Shown one piece after another: positions 31,184-39,796 of a DNA stretch of 64,000 nucleotides. Both the position numbers and the translations under genes were made by a program. How positions within the stretch are numbered: position 1 is the stretch's first letter; every line of letters starts with the position of its first letter. Source of the stretch: Bythopirellula sp. (GTDB taxonomy: Bacteria > Planctomycetota > Planctomycetia > Pirellulales > Lacipirellulaceae); NCBI GenBank assembly GCA_965216565.1, contig OZ244170.1:2048001-2112000 (forward strand), read 5' to 3'. The notes under the pieces are model-generated. The model searched no databases. It saw only the letters and a program-made list of their open reading frames with translations, and was not told the DNA's origin.

Positions 31184-32494
31184 CTAATGGGAATCCACAA
31201 CGCTCGTGACGAGCGGTTTATATCGATCGATAAAATCAGCTAATGTCTCACGCGCCTGCGTTAGATGCTCGTCCGTTAAGGGCAACGAAAGGAACAGATC
31301 GCCACGGCTGCAGACAAGCATGCCAGATAGCAGCAATTCCATATGCAGCAGCGCGTTCATCACTTGACATTCCGCACTTCTGATCACCATGTGCTGGAGC
31401 GGTTCGCGGGTAAAGTGAATCGCAAACATCGAGCCGAGCCCATTGCAGAACATCGGTACCTTCTTCTCGACAAACATACTATTCAGCGATTGGCGAAACG
31501 CCTCAGACCATTCGAAGAATTCTGCTGCGCGCTCGGGAGTGAATACCCTACCTAGAGCGGAAATCCCAGCAGCCATGGAGCAGACATTATTGTTGAAAGT
31601 GCCCGCATGTTTCCAAGTACCGGCTTGCTTGGGATTGTAGCACGCCATGATCTCTGCTTTGCCGCCGAATGCACCCGTCGGCAGCCCGCCACCAATGATC
31701 TTGCCTAGCATGGTCAGATCAGGCTCAATGCCTAGCATCCCCTGAACCCCCGCCGGGCCGAGGCGTGCAGTTTTGACTTCGTCAAATATCAGCAGGGCCC
31801 CCACGTCGCGAGTGGACTGCCGGAGCATCGCTAGAAACTCCGGAGAACCTGGTATGCTTCCGCCTGCACCTAAAATGGGCTCGACAATCACTGCTGCCAA
31901 TGCGTCACCCGTCTGCCGAATTGCCTCCGCCGTGCCCGCGGTGTCATTGTAATCTGCCAAGATATAATCGAATGGAACGTTAAATTCGGAAGGTCCGGTC
32001 GGAAACTTCACGACGCCTCCATGATAAGCTCCATGGAAGGCGAGAATTTTGTTTCGACCAGTCACCATTCGCGCCGTCGTCAGCGCCATGATGCCAGCTT
32101 CGGTTCCTGAATTGCAGAATCGCAATTGTTCCACCGAGGGAAAACGCTCGCAGATTAAACCCGCCAGCTCCCTTTCCAGCTCAGTCGGGGCGCCCATCAC
32201 GATGCCCCTCTCCAATGCCTGTTGAACCGCCGACTTGATGGCTTGGTCCGAATGGCCAAACAGGCCGGCAGAAAACTCACCGACGAAGTCGACGTACCGA
32301 TGCCCATCCAAGTCGACCAGCTCTGCCCCTTCGCCTCGAACCATGGTCAAGGGAAAAGGTTCGTAATGCAACACATTGCGTGTATTTCCCCCGGGCAAGT
32401 AGCGCTGGGCCTCTTCGTCGGCTGCCATGCTCTGCGGATTGGCTGCCGCGTAGCGGTTACGTGCATCACTTAGTGCTTGTTGTAATGCTTCCAT
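31184..32494 (-). CDS. Class III PLP aminotransferase of the beta-amino-acid (beta-phenylalanine-type) transaminase group
   Basis: LPGGNTRNVLHYEPFPLT, QLRFCNSGTEA, YHGG, NVPFD, FDEVKTARL, LGKIIGGG (PLP Lys), HAGTFNNN, SRG...LSLPLT. Start ATG 32494. Confidence 0.85.
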   Translation of the reverse strand: MEALQQALSDARNRYAAANPQSMAADEEAQRYLPGGNTRNVLHYEPFPLTMVRGEGAELVDLDGHRYVDFVGEFSAGLFGHSDQAIKSAVQQALERGIVMGAPTELERELAGLICERFPSVEQLRFCNSGTEAGIMALTTARMVTGRNKILAFHGAYHGGVVKFPTGPSEFNVPFDYILADYNDTAGTAEAIRQTGDALAAVIVEPILGAGGSIPGSPEFLAMLRQSTRDVGALLIFDEVKTARLGPAGVQGMLGIEPDLTMLGKIIGGGLPTGAFGGKAEIMACYNPKQAGTWKHAGTFNNNVCSMAAGISALGRVFTPERAAEFFEWSEAFRQSLNSMFVEKKVPMFCNGLGSMFAIHFTREPLQHMVIRSAECQVMNALLHMELLLSGMLVCSRGDLFLSLPLTDEHLTQARETLADFIDRYKPLVTSVVDSH

Positions 32495-32502
32495 AACTAG
32501 CG

Positions 32503-33705
32503 CTACCCGACCTTCTCGATCGCCAGCGCAATTCCCTGGCCAACACCAACGCACATTGTGCAGAGGGCTCGTTTGCCTTCCCCGCGACGTAATTGATCGA
32601 ATGCGGTCAGTGCCAGTCGGGCACCGCTCATACCCAAGGGATGGCCCAAGGCGATAGCTCCGCCGCGAGTATTGAGTCGGGAATCGTCATCCGCTAGCCC
32701 TAGCTCTCTAGTACAGGCTAAAGCCTGCGCCGCAAATGCTTCGTTGAGTTCTAAGATATCGAAGCTATCCAACGTAACGCCTAACCGCTCGAGCAACTTG
32801 TTCGTTGCGGGAACGGGACCAATGCCCATAATTCGCGGAGGCACACCGGCTACAGACATTCCAAGCACGCGAGCCACGGGTTCGAGTTGGTGACGCTTAG
32901 CCCCAACTTCGGATGCCAGGAGCAATGCTGCGGCGCCGTCGTTGATGCCCGACGCATTTCCTGCGGTCACAGTGCCCTCTGGAAGAATTGGCTTCAGTTT
33001 GGCGAGTTTCTCGAGTGTTACTTCACGTGGATGCTCGTCCCGATCAACGAGGATCGGATCTTGCTTACGTCGCGGAACACTCACGGCGCAGATCTCACCA
33101 GCAAGTCGGCCGTCTTGCTGAGCAGTGGCGGCTTTGGTTTGACTCCAAATCGCAAACTGGTCTTGATCCTCGCGGCTGATGGAGCGTTCTCTGGCGAGGT
33201 TTTCAGCCGTTTCCGGCATCGATTCTGTGCCGTACTGCTCCTGCAGATTAGAGTTAATAAATCTCCATCCCATCGTGGTATCAAACATTTCCTGCTGTCG
33301 TCCAAAGGCCGCCTCCGGTTTGCCGATGACAAAAGGAGATCGAGACATACTCTCCACACCGCCGGCAATCATGAGATCGCCTTCTCCCGACTGGATTGCC
33401 GAAGCGCAGTTGCCCAAAGCGTTGAGCCCCGATGCACAGAGGCGATTGATTGTGTAGGCTGGCACTTCTTGCGGCACGCCGGCTAACAAACTGCTCATAC
33501 GCGCAACATTGCGATTGTCTTCCCCCGACTGATTGGTGCAGCCCAGCACAACATCGTCTAGCTCATGCCAGTCGACGCTAGGGTTTCGCTCCATCAGCGA
33601 CTTAATCGGTATCGCTGCCAGATCGTCGGTTCGAATCGTTGACAAACATCCTCCGTAACGCCCCACAGGTGTCCGGATTCCATCGCATAGGTAGACTTCA
33701 GTCAT
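32503..33705 (-). CDS. pcaF: 3-oxoadipyl-CoA thiolase (PcaF/PaaJ type)
   Basis: RTPVGRYGG, GEDNRNVARM, INRLCASG, SMPETAEN, NEAFAAQ, GHPLGMSGAR, CVGVGQG. Confidence 0.9.
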   Translation of the reverse strand: MTEVYLCDGIRTPVGRYGGCLSTIRTDDLAAIPIKSLMERNPSVDWHELDDVVLGCTNQSGEDNRNVARMSSLLAGVPQEVPAYTINRLCASGLNALGNCASAIQSGEGDLMIAGGVESMSRSPFVIGKPEAAFGRQQEMFDTTMGWRFINSNLQEQYGTESMPETAENLARERSISREDQDQFAIWSQTKAATAQQDGRLAGEICAVSVPRRKQDPILVDRDEHPREVTLEKLAKLKPILPEGTVTAGNASGINDGAAALLLASEVGAKRHQLEPVARVLGMSVAGVPPRIMGIGPVPATNKLLERLGVTLDSFDILELNEAFAAQALACTRELGLADDDSRLNTRGGAIALGHPLGMSGARLALTAFDQLRRGEGKRALCTMCVGVGQGIALAIEKVG

Positions 33706-33745
33706 GATTCTGTTCTCATTGTTACTGCGGCACGCTCACGAGTAG

Positions 33746-34405
33746 CTAATTTGCAGGCAACTGGTTTGCGGGTAATATCGCTGTCCCCGTTTTCTGCTCG
33801 ACCTCTGCAAACCTAATTCCGGGCGCCAATTCGGCAACTTGAAAACCCTCAGGAGTAATATCAACCACCGCCAAATCGGTGTAAACACGAGATATTACAC
33901 CCACGCCCGTCAGTGGATAGGAGCACTGTTTCACCAGTTTAGGTTCGCCAGTTTTGGTCGTGTGTTGGGTGAGTACGTAGATGTTTTTCACACCCTGCAC
34001 CAGATCCATCGCGCCGCCAACTGCAGGGATGGCATCGGGAGCCCCGGTGGACCAATTCGCAATATCTCCATGGGCTGACACTTGCATAGTGCCTAACACA
34101 CAGACATCAATATGACCGCCTCGGATCATGCTGAAACTGTCGGCATGATGAAAATACGCCGCTCCAGGCACGGCTGTCACGTACTTCTTCCCAGCATTCA
34201 TCAGGTCGAGATCGATTTTGTCCTCGGCCGGCGCGGGTCCCATGCCTAGCAAACCATTTTCGGTGTGATACATGAATTCACGACCCGCAGGCACAAATTT
34301 GGTGACCAGCTCTGGTATGCCGATGCCTAAATTGACGTACGATCCGTCGGGAATGTCCTGGGCCACTCGTGCCGCCATCTGCTCCCTTGTCCAACCATTA
34401 CTCAT
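33746..34405 (-). CDS. pcaJ: 3-oxoacid (3-oxoadipate) CoA-transferase subunit B
   Basis: YVNLGIGIP, HTENG (catalytic Glu), HHADSFSMIRGGH, DAIPAVGGAMDL; ATGA overlap with subunit A stop. Confidence 0.88.
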   Translation of the reverse strand: MSNGWTREQMAARVAQDIPDGSYVNLGIGIPELVTKFVPAGREFMYHTENGLLGMGPAPAEDKIDLDLMNAGKKYVTAVPGAAYFHHADSFSMIRGGHIDVCVLGTMQVSAHGDIANWSTGAPDAIPAVGGAMDLVQGVKNIYVLTQHTTKTGEPKLVKQCSYPLTGVGVISRVYTDLAVVDITPEGFQVAELAPGIRFAEVEQKTGTAILPANQLPAN

Positions 34406-35112
34406 GGGTAACTCTTGCCCTCCGCAATCAGCGTGTCTTCGTGAATAGGCTGAGAAACTTCTACAACGCGATTGACAAAAATCCCAGGAGTGACGACGCA
34501 CTCGGGATCGATTTCTCCCCGTTCGACTAAATTTCTTGTCTGAACGATCGTGGTTGTAGCTGCCATGCACATCAGTGGGCTAAAGTTGCGGGCAGTTTTA
34601 TTGTAGGTCAAGTTGCCGAGGGGATCGGCACACTCACTCTTGATCAATGCAAAGTCTGCTTTCAACCACGGCTCTAACACATACGTCCGACCATCAAACT
34701 CACGTTGCTCTTTGCCCTCCGCCAGGACCGTACCCACAGTAGTAGGAGTATAGAAGGCAGGTATTCCCGCGCCGGCCGAACGAATGCGTTCCGCCAGGGT
34801 GCCTTGAGGAACCAGGTCGAGTTCTATCTTTCCTTCTCGAAATAGCTTGGGAAAAACACGCGATTGACTCGATCTAGGAAAAGAGCAAATCATCTTTCTC
34901 ACCTGTCCATTGCCAATCAGGGCAGCCAGGCCTACTTCGCCGTTGCCCGTGTTGTTGTTGATCAAAGTCAGATCCTTCGCACCTTGATCAATGAGCGCAT
35001 GGATCAATTCGATCGGACTACCCGATGCACCGAAACCGCCAACCATTACGGTTGCACCGTCAGGGATATCGGCCACGGCTTCCGCCACGGATGGGCATGT
35101 TTTGTTGATCAC
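34402..35112 (-). CDS. pcaI: 3-oxoacid (3-oxoadipate) CoA-transferase subunit A
   Basis: GTG-INK start; GGFGASGSPIELIHALID, CSFPRS, PQGTLAERIR, TARNF, VTPGIFV. Confidence 0.88.
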   Translation of the reverse strand: MINKTCPSVAEAVADIPDGATVMVGGFGASGSPIELIHALIDQGAKDLTLINNNTGNGEVGLAALIGNGQVRKMICSFPRSSQSRVFPKLFREGKIELDLVPQGTLAERIRSAGAGIPAFYTPTTVGTVLAEGKEQREFDGRTYVLEPWLKADFALIKSECADPLGNLTYNKTARNFSPLMCMAATTTIVQTRNLVERGEIDPECVVTPGIFVNRVVEVSQPIHEDTLIAEGKSYP

Positions 35113-35153
35113 CTGCAATCTCTCCGGCAAGCTATGAGATTTTGAAAAGCCAC

Positions 35154-35987
35154 CTATCGAAAAACGTCCGTCGATTCCCAAAGTTCTTCAATTCGGTCGA
35201 TACGCTCAGTCGCTTCCTCCTTCAACTCTTTGGCAATCTTTGACACAAGCAACTCGGCGATCGCCACTACGGGGACGGAACTATCAAACGGCCCGATAGC
35301 CGGCACTGAAATTTCGCACCAAATATCTGCCAATTCGACAAGAGGAGACAGCGGGCCATCGGTAATCGCAACTATCTCTACTCCATTATCGGCTAGCAGT
35401 TCGGTTGCCGTCACGACTAACCGCCGATAGCGGAAAAAGTCGAACACAACGGCGACATCTTTCGGGCCTGCATTCCCAATTTCGCTACCAAGGGAACGGT
35501 CATCCAACATTTGCACGCCTGGCCGAACCATCGATAGTCCGCTCTTAAATGCAATCGCGCCGGCTTGCGACGTCTCGCCAGACAGGATCCAAACATTCTT
35601 TGCACGCACTATCGACCGGACGAGTTTTGTTATTTTTTGTCTCTGAATTGCATCAAAAACAGAGTCGATCGCGCCATCTATCGTCTCGCGAACTGACAGA
35701 TCTGGTTTTTCGTCGCCCCGAATCCTTTCACTAGGACGAGCCAGACGACGCGACACATCGCTGCGGACCAACCGCTGTAATTGTGTGAAACCTTCGAAGC
35801 CCAGTTTGTTGGCAAAACGTACTACCGAAGGTCGACTCGTGCCGATGCGAGTTGCCAGATCTGACACCGTTCCAAAAGCGAGCAACATCGGCTCGGCGAG
35901 CACTGTCTCTGCAATACGTCGGTCGGTGGGCGTAAATTGCCCTCCTGCCGCAACTACCAGATCGGTTAGTGGAGAATTTTCCCTCAT
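35154..35987 (-). CDS. RpiR/MurR family regulator (HTH + SIS)
   Basis: TVSDLATRIGTSRPSVVRFANKLGFEGF; FFRY; AITDGPLSP. Confidence 0.9.
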   Translation of the reverse strand: MRENSPLTDLVVAAGGQFTPTDRRIAETVLAEPMLLAFGTVSDLATRIGTSRPSVVRFANKLGFEGFTQLQRLVRSDVSRRLARPSERIRGDEKPDLSVRETIDGAIDSVFDAIQRQKITKLVRSIVRAKNVWILSGETSQAGAIAFKSGLSMVRPGVQMLDDRSLGSEIGNAGPKDVAVVFDFFRYRRLVVTATELLADNGVEIVAITDGPLSPLVELADIWCEISVPAIGPFDSSVPVVAIAELLVSKIAKELKEEATERIDRIEELWESTDVFR

Positions 35988-35988
35988 G

Positions 35989-36036
35989 CTGTTCACTATG
36001 TTACACAGTTGTACCACTCTGTTCAACCTGTTACAC
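35989..36036. promoter_or_regulatory. Two 18-bp direct repeats in the divergent promoter; candidate RpiR operators
   Basis: CTGTTCActaTGTTACAC (35989) and CTGTTCAaccTGTTACAC (36019), 30 bp apart. Confidence 0.5.
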
Positions 36037-36091
36037 TGGCTATTCGGAAGCGAAGTATAGGTTGAATGAAGAAAACATAGCGAGGTAACCC

Positions 36092-37555
36092 GTGGCTAAC
36101 GATGACACATATGAGATGACAGACCGTCAGCAGGAATTTCTGGATTCAATTGATAGTCCGAAATACGAGCGAGAGATCATCAACGGCCTGAAGCCTTTTT
36201 TTGAAGAGAAGGCTCCGGAAGATATTAGAAACTTCTATTCCTCTGAGGAACTTGAGTCGTTGCGCGTCATTACCGACACCGAACGCGACGTGGAAACGCG
36301 GATGCCGGTGAAGGTTACCCGGCACTATTTCGAGTTGGCCAGAAACAGCCTGCCGCTGCAACGACTTGTGAAAGCCAGCCCGGACGAAACACTCAATCTG
36401 GAAGGGTCAGAAGATCCCGGTTATCAAATGGACTTCTCTCCGGTCGAGGGAATGTTGCACAAGTACGAGATGGGCTTGCTCTATACGGTCTCCACATGCT
36501 CGGCACATTGTCGTTTTTGTTACCGCGAAGAGCTGATCGGAAACAAAGAAGTAGAACGCCAAGATGGTTCGGTCGCCAGAAAAGGCATCGCTAAGATCAA
36601 AGACGTGACGGACTATATCCGCACACACAACGCCATGGTTGATTCCAATGGTGGAGTTCACCCAACGACAGGCCGCGAGAAACTTCGCGAAGTACTACTC
36701 TCGGGTGGCGATGCCATGATGCTTCCCAATAAGAAGATTGGTGAATGGCTGGCTGCCCTGGCAGAAGCAGGCGTGGAATCAATCCGCCTCGGCACGAAGG
36801 ACATGGCCTTCTACCCCAAACGCTTCGACAGCACCTTTTTGGCGATGATGGATAGTTTTCACGAAAAGTATCCAGACGTCGGATTCCGGTTGATGATTCA
36901 CTTTAATCATCCTGACGAATTCTTACTCAAAACGCCTGATGGCGAATATGCCACCAATCCAAATGGCACTCTCAAATGGCACGAAGACACGAAGCAGGCC
37001 ATGGAAGGCGTTGTCTCCCGCGGTTGGCTTAACGTCGAAAACCAAGCGCCGATCATCAAGGGCATCAATGACAATGTGGAAGCACTAAGGCTCATGCAAC
37101 GTGCCTTGTACCGATGTGGAATCAACAATCATTACTTTTTCTGTGGTAGAGATATCGTTGCTTACCGCGCCTTCAATGTCCCCATCGAAACCGCCTGGAC
37201 TCTTCTCAACGAATCCCAAAAAGGCTTGTCCGGCGTCGAAGCCCACGCGCGTCTCTCGATCACTCACTACAAGGGAAAAACCGAGGTTGCCGCGGTGACT
37301 AATGAACCGATGTCGGGAGTCCCTGGGGCAGAAAACGGCGTGCTAATTTTCAAGATTCTTCGCAACGCGTTGGATGCTCCAGACCGCGGCAAAGTATGCA
37401 TCGTGGGCCGCAACCCCGAAGCGATCTGGTTCGACGATTATGAAGACCGAGTGCTCTTTGACGAAGCCGGCTTGTACGAGTATTCGCGAGTCGACAAGAA
37501 GAAAGTCGAGATCAAGCAAACCGCAGATCTCGATACTGCGCTGAGCCAGAAGTAG
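36092..37555 (+). CDS. KamA-family radical SAM protein (amino-acid 2,3-aminomutase-like)
   Basis: LHKY, CSAHCRFCYR (CxxxCxxC), EVLLSGGD, RLGT, HFNHP, NQAPIIKGIND, LSG...HYKGK (probable PLP Lys), WFDD. Confidence 0.88.
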   Translation: MANDDTYEMTDRQQEFLDSIDSPKYEREIINGLKPFFEEKAPEDIRNFYSSEELESLRVITDTERDVETRMPVKVTRHYFELARNSLPLQRLVKASPDETLNLEGSEDPGYQMDFSPVEGMLHKYEMGLLYTVSTCSAHCRFCYREELIGNKEVERQDGSVARKGIAKIKDVTDYIRTHNAMVDSNGGVHPTTGREKLREVLLSGGDAMMLPNKKIGEWLAALAEAGVESIRLGTKDMAFYPKRFDSTFLAMMDSFHEKYPDVGFRLMIHFNHPDEFLLKTPDGEYATNPNGTLKWHEDTKQAMEGVVSRGWLNVENQAPIIKGINDNVEALRLMQRALYRCGINNHYFFCGRDIVAYRAFNVPIETAWTLLNESQKGLSGVEAHARLSITHYKGKTEVAAVTNEPMSGVPGAENGVLIFKILRNALDAPDRGKVCIVGRNPEAIWFDDYEDRVLFDEAGLYEYSRVDKKKVEIKQTADLDTALSQK

Positions 37556-37569
37556 AAATAACACGCGGC

Positions 37570-37878
37570 AATGAAACGAATTCTTCGGCGGTTGGCTGCT
37601 CAGACTGTGAGTCGTGGCTTTGCTACGAGTGTGCAGCAACTTGCTCGAGTTGTGGAGAAGGACACTGCCATCAGTGCCTTCGATCCTGTGGCCGCTGCGA
37701 GGAACCGTTTTGCGCGAAGTGCCTTAAAACCTGCTCAGGCTGTCTGGAGCAAGTCTGTAACTGTTGTTTCATCTCAGACGAAAGGTGTGGTGATTGTTAT
37801 GAAGAAAATCAAGAGTCAACCAAATCCGTCTCTACGGTTCTCTCCCACCGCCTGGGCCAAGCTGCAATATCTCCATGA
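37570..37878 (+). pseudogene. Startless Cys-rich (CxxC-repeat) gene fragment, absent from the ORF track
   Basis: Frame 1 reads CSDCESWLCYECAATCSSCGEGHCHQCLRSCGRCEEPFCAKCLKTCSGC...CGDC; no start codon between the KamA-like stop and the Cys-rich segment. Confidence 0.65.
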
Positions 37879-38044
37879 TGCAGGGGATACCGAACTCTGA
37901 GATTTCGGGATCGCCAGTGCCGAGGATCTCTTGTTGATCGAGGATGTGGTGCTCGTTGACCAGCGGTGCAGTGTGGTGGAAGTTGAACTAGTGGACTCGG
38001 TCGTGACAGATGCAATGCTGCGCCTTGTTCCAGCAAATAGATAG
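37799..38044 (+). pseudogene. Truncated planctomycete JAB/MPN-like gene with in-frame TGA
   Basis: [45 protein letters not shown]; ends before any HxH motif. Confidence 0.55.
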
Positions 38045-38081
38045 TCTGGAAGGGGAATTTGCGTTGTGCACATTTCCCCTT

Positions 38082-38342
38082 TTAGCTATCAACGCTTTCT
38101 AGATTCGTGGGACTCGATATTCGCTTCAAATTACCGACTTGCAAGCCACTAAATACCGCTCCGATGAATACCATAACGAGTCCACCAGTCGCGATATCCA
38201 TTCGACCATCATCGTCGATTTCTGCGAGCTTCACGCCATCTGCTCCCGTGGCAGAATTTAATCGTCGAAAACTTGGAGTACCCAGTGAGATCCCATCGGT
38301 TCCACGGCATTGGACTTCAACGCTTCGAAAACTAAGCTGCAA
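38082..38342 (-). pseudogene. FG-GAP/VCBS-repeat gene remnant
   Basis: One isolated GADGVKLAEIDDDGRMDIATG repeat. Confidence 0.5.
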
Positions 38343-38389
38343 AGATTAGCGGGCGCTGGGATAGGCTAACTTTCACAAAGACAGATCAA

Positions 38390-39796
38390 CTAAGGAGAGG
38401 CCACCAACAATTTGCGGTGCTTGAGCGGATACCAATCAGCGATTCGCTTCGACAATCGTTCCACAATCTCGGGGTGTTGATCTGCAAGGTTCGACAGCTC
38501 GTTTGGATCAGCTTCCAAATCGAACAGCTGCGGACCTTTGATCGTGCGTGGATGGCTACTACGATAGCGATGTGCCTCGCCGTCATAAGTCAGCAGGAGC
38601 TTCCACTTGCCCTCGATGCACCAGCGATAGAGGAGCGAAGCCTCGGGGTCTTCGATGTCAGCGATGTCGTGGGCAAATCCCTCGCCGAAGATTGCGTCGC
38701 GGCCGATGGGATCCCCCCCGGTTAGAGATTGCCAAAGGTCGAGTCCTGGCAGATCCTCAGGCTGTCGCGCACCAGCGGCGCTCAGGATTGTGGGAACCAG
38801 GTCAATGCTACTGACTAGTTCGGATCGATCGGCTGGCTTCAGTTTGCCCGGCCAGGAAAACAAGATTGGCGTTCGCACGCCACCTTCATAGGGCGATTGC
38901 TTCGATCGGGCTGCGTAGCTGTCTTTATCGGGATGTTGAATCCAACCGTTGTCCGTAACGTAGACAATCAGAGTATTTTCGCGCAAACCCTTCTGGTCGA
39001 TCATTCCAATCAACTGCCCACAGGTTTCGTTAAACCAATCGCACATCGCGTAGTACTTAGCAACTGTGATTGGCCGGCTTTCGGTGCGATATTTGTCCAG
39101 AATTCTTTCCGGCGGATTGTGTGGAGTATGAGGTAGAAACGGTGCGTACCAAAGGAAGAATGGTTTTTCCTCTGCCTGGGCCATATCGACGAACTCTTCA
39201 ATCGGCTCCATGCCATGGCGTCCAATCTTCAGGCCGTCGTCTCCGTGTCGCCCGCCCGGCTTGGGGAAACCGCGCGTCATGCCATGTGTAAAGCCAGCAC
39301 GCTTGTAATTGCCTTCCCAATACTTACCGCTTTGGTGAGACAAATACCCCTGTTCGGCGAGCAGTTCCGGCAACGTATCGAACCGATCGATGTATGAGAT
39401 GAGTTGAGCACACCGCTGCTTATACAAATCGGAACCCTTCTCCGCATACTTCGGCGAAGGGTCGTTGCCGGTCACACCATGCTTGGACGCGTAGTGGCCG
39501 GTGAGTAGCGTTACCAAAGAAGGACGGCACAATGCAGTCGGTACATAGCCGCGTTTGAACACCACGCTATCACGGGCCAATTGATCCAGATGGGGTGTTT
39601 GAATATCAGGATGCCCCATAAAGCCATAGTCGGTCCAACTTTGATCATCCGAGATGATCAGCACAATGTTGGGCCGATCGGCTGCCAGAACATCGTTACT
39701 CGCTGCGCCCATTAGTGAGCCGACGAGGACGAGCAGCAATTGAGCTGCCGGTGAAACTTTGGGCATTTGCATACTTGGTGATTTTTTTAGGGACAA
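38390..39796 (-). CDS. Sulfatase S1 family (CRPSL variant)
   Basis: RPNIVLIISDD, TPHLD, LCRPSLVTLLTG, PHTP, TDNG, EGGVRTP, LFDLEADPNE. Confidence 0.9.
   Translation of the reverse strand: MSLKKSPSMQMPKVSPAAQLLLVLVGSLMGAASNDVLAADRPNIVLIISDDQSWTDYGFMGHPDIQTPHLDQLARDSVVFKRGYVPTALCRPSLVTLLTGHYASKHGVTGNDPSPKYAEKGSDLYKQRCAQLISYIDRFDTLPELLAEQGYLSHQSGKYWEGNYKRAGFTHGMTRGFPKPGGRHGDDGLKIGRHGMEPIEEFVDMAQAEEKPFFLWYAPFLPHTPHNPPERILDKYRTESRPITVAKYYAMCDWFNETCGQLIGMIDQKGLRENTLIVYVTDNGWIQHPDKDSYAARSKQSPYEGGVRTPILFSWPGKLKPADRSELVSSIDLVPTILSAAGARQPEDLPGLDLWQSLTGGDPIGRDAIFGEGFAHDIADIEDPEASLLYRWCIEGKWKLLLTYDGEAHRYRSSHPRTIKGPQLFDLEADPNELSNLADQHPEIVERLSKRIADWYPLKHRKLLVASP

Noticed and set aside
31184..32494. hemL (glutamate-1-semialdehyde aminomutase)
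   Set aside because: It lacks PGGVNSPVR and GTLSGNP, and there is no tetrapyrrole gene context.
32503..35112. Ordinary aromatic-degradation pca operon
   Set aside because: No dioxygenase, cycloisomerase, lactone hydrolase or IclR/LysR regulator nearby. Such genes elsewhere in the genome cannot be excluded.
36092..37555. EpmB (EF-P beta-lysylation) or classical lysine-fermentation KamA
   Set aside because: No efp/epmA or kamDE/kdd/kce neighbours; the lysine-binding Asp motifs are not apparent.
37898..37900. TGA as selenocysteine or readthrough
   Set aside because: The position appears to correspond to Gly and the gene is also truncated, so simple decay is more likely.
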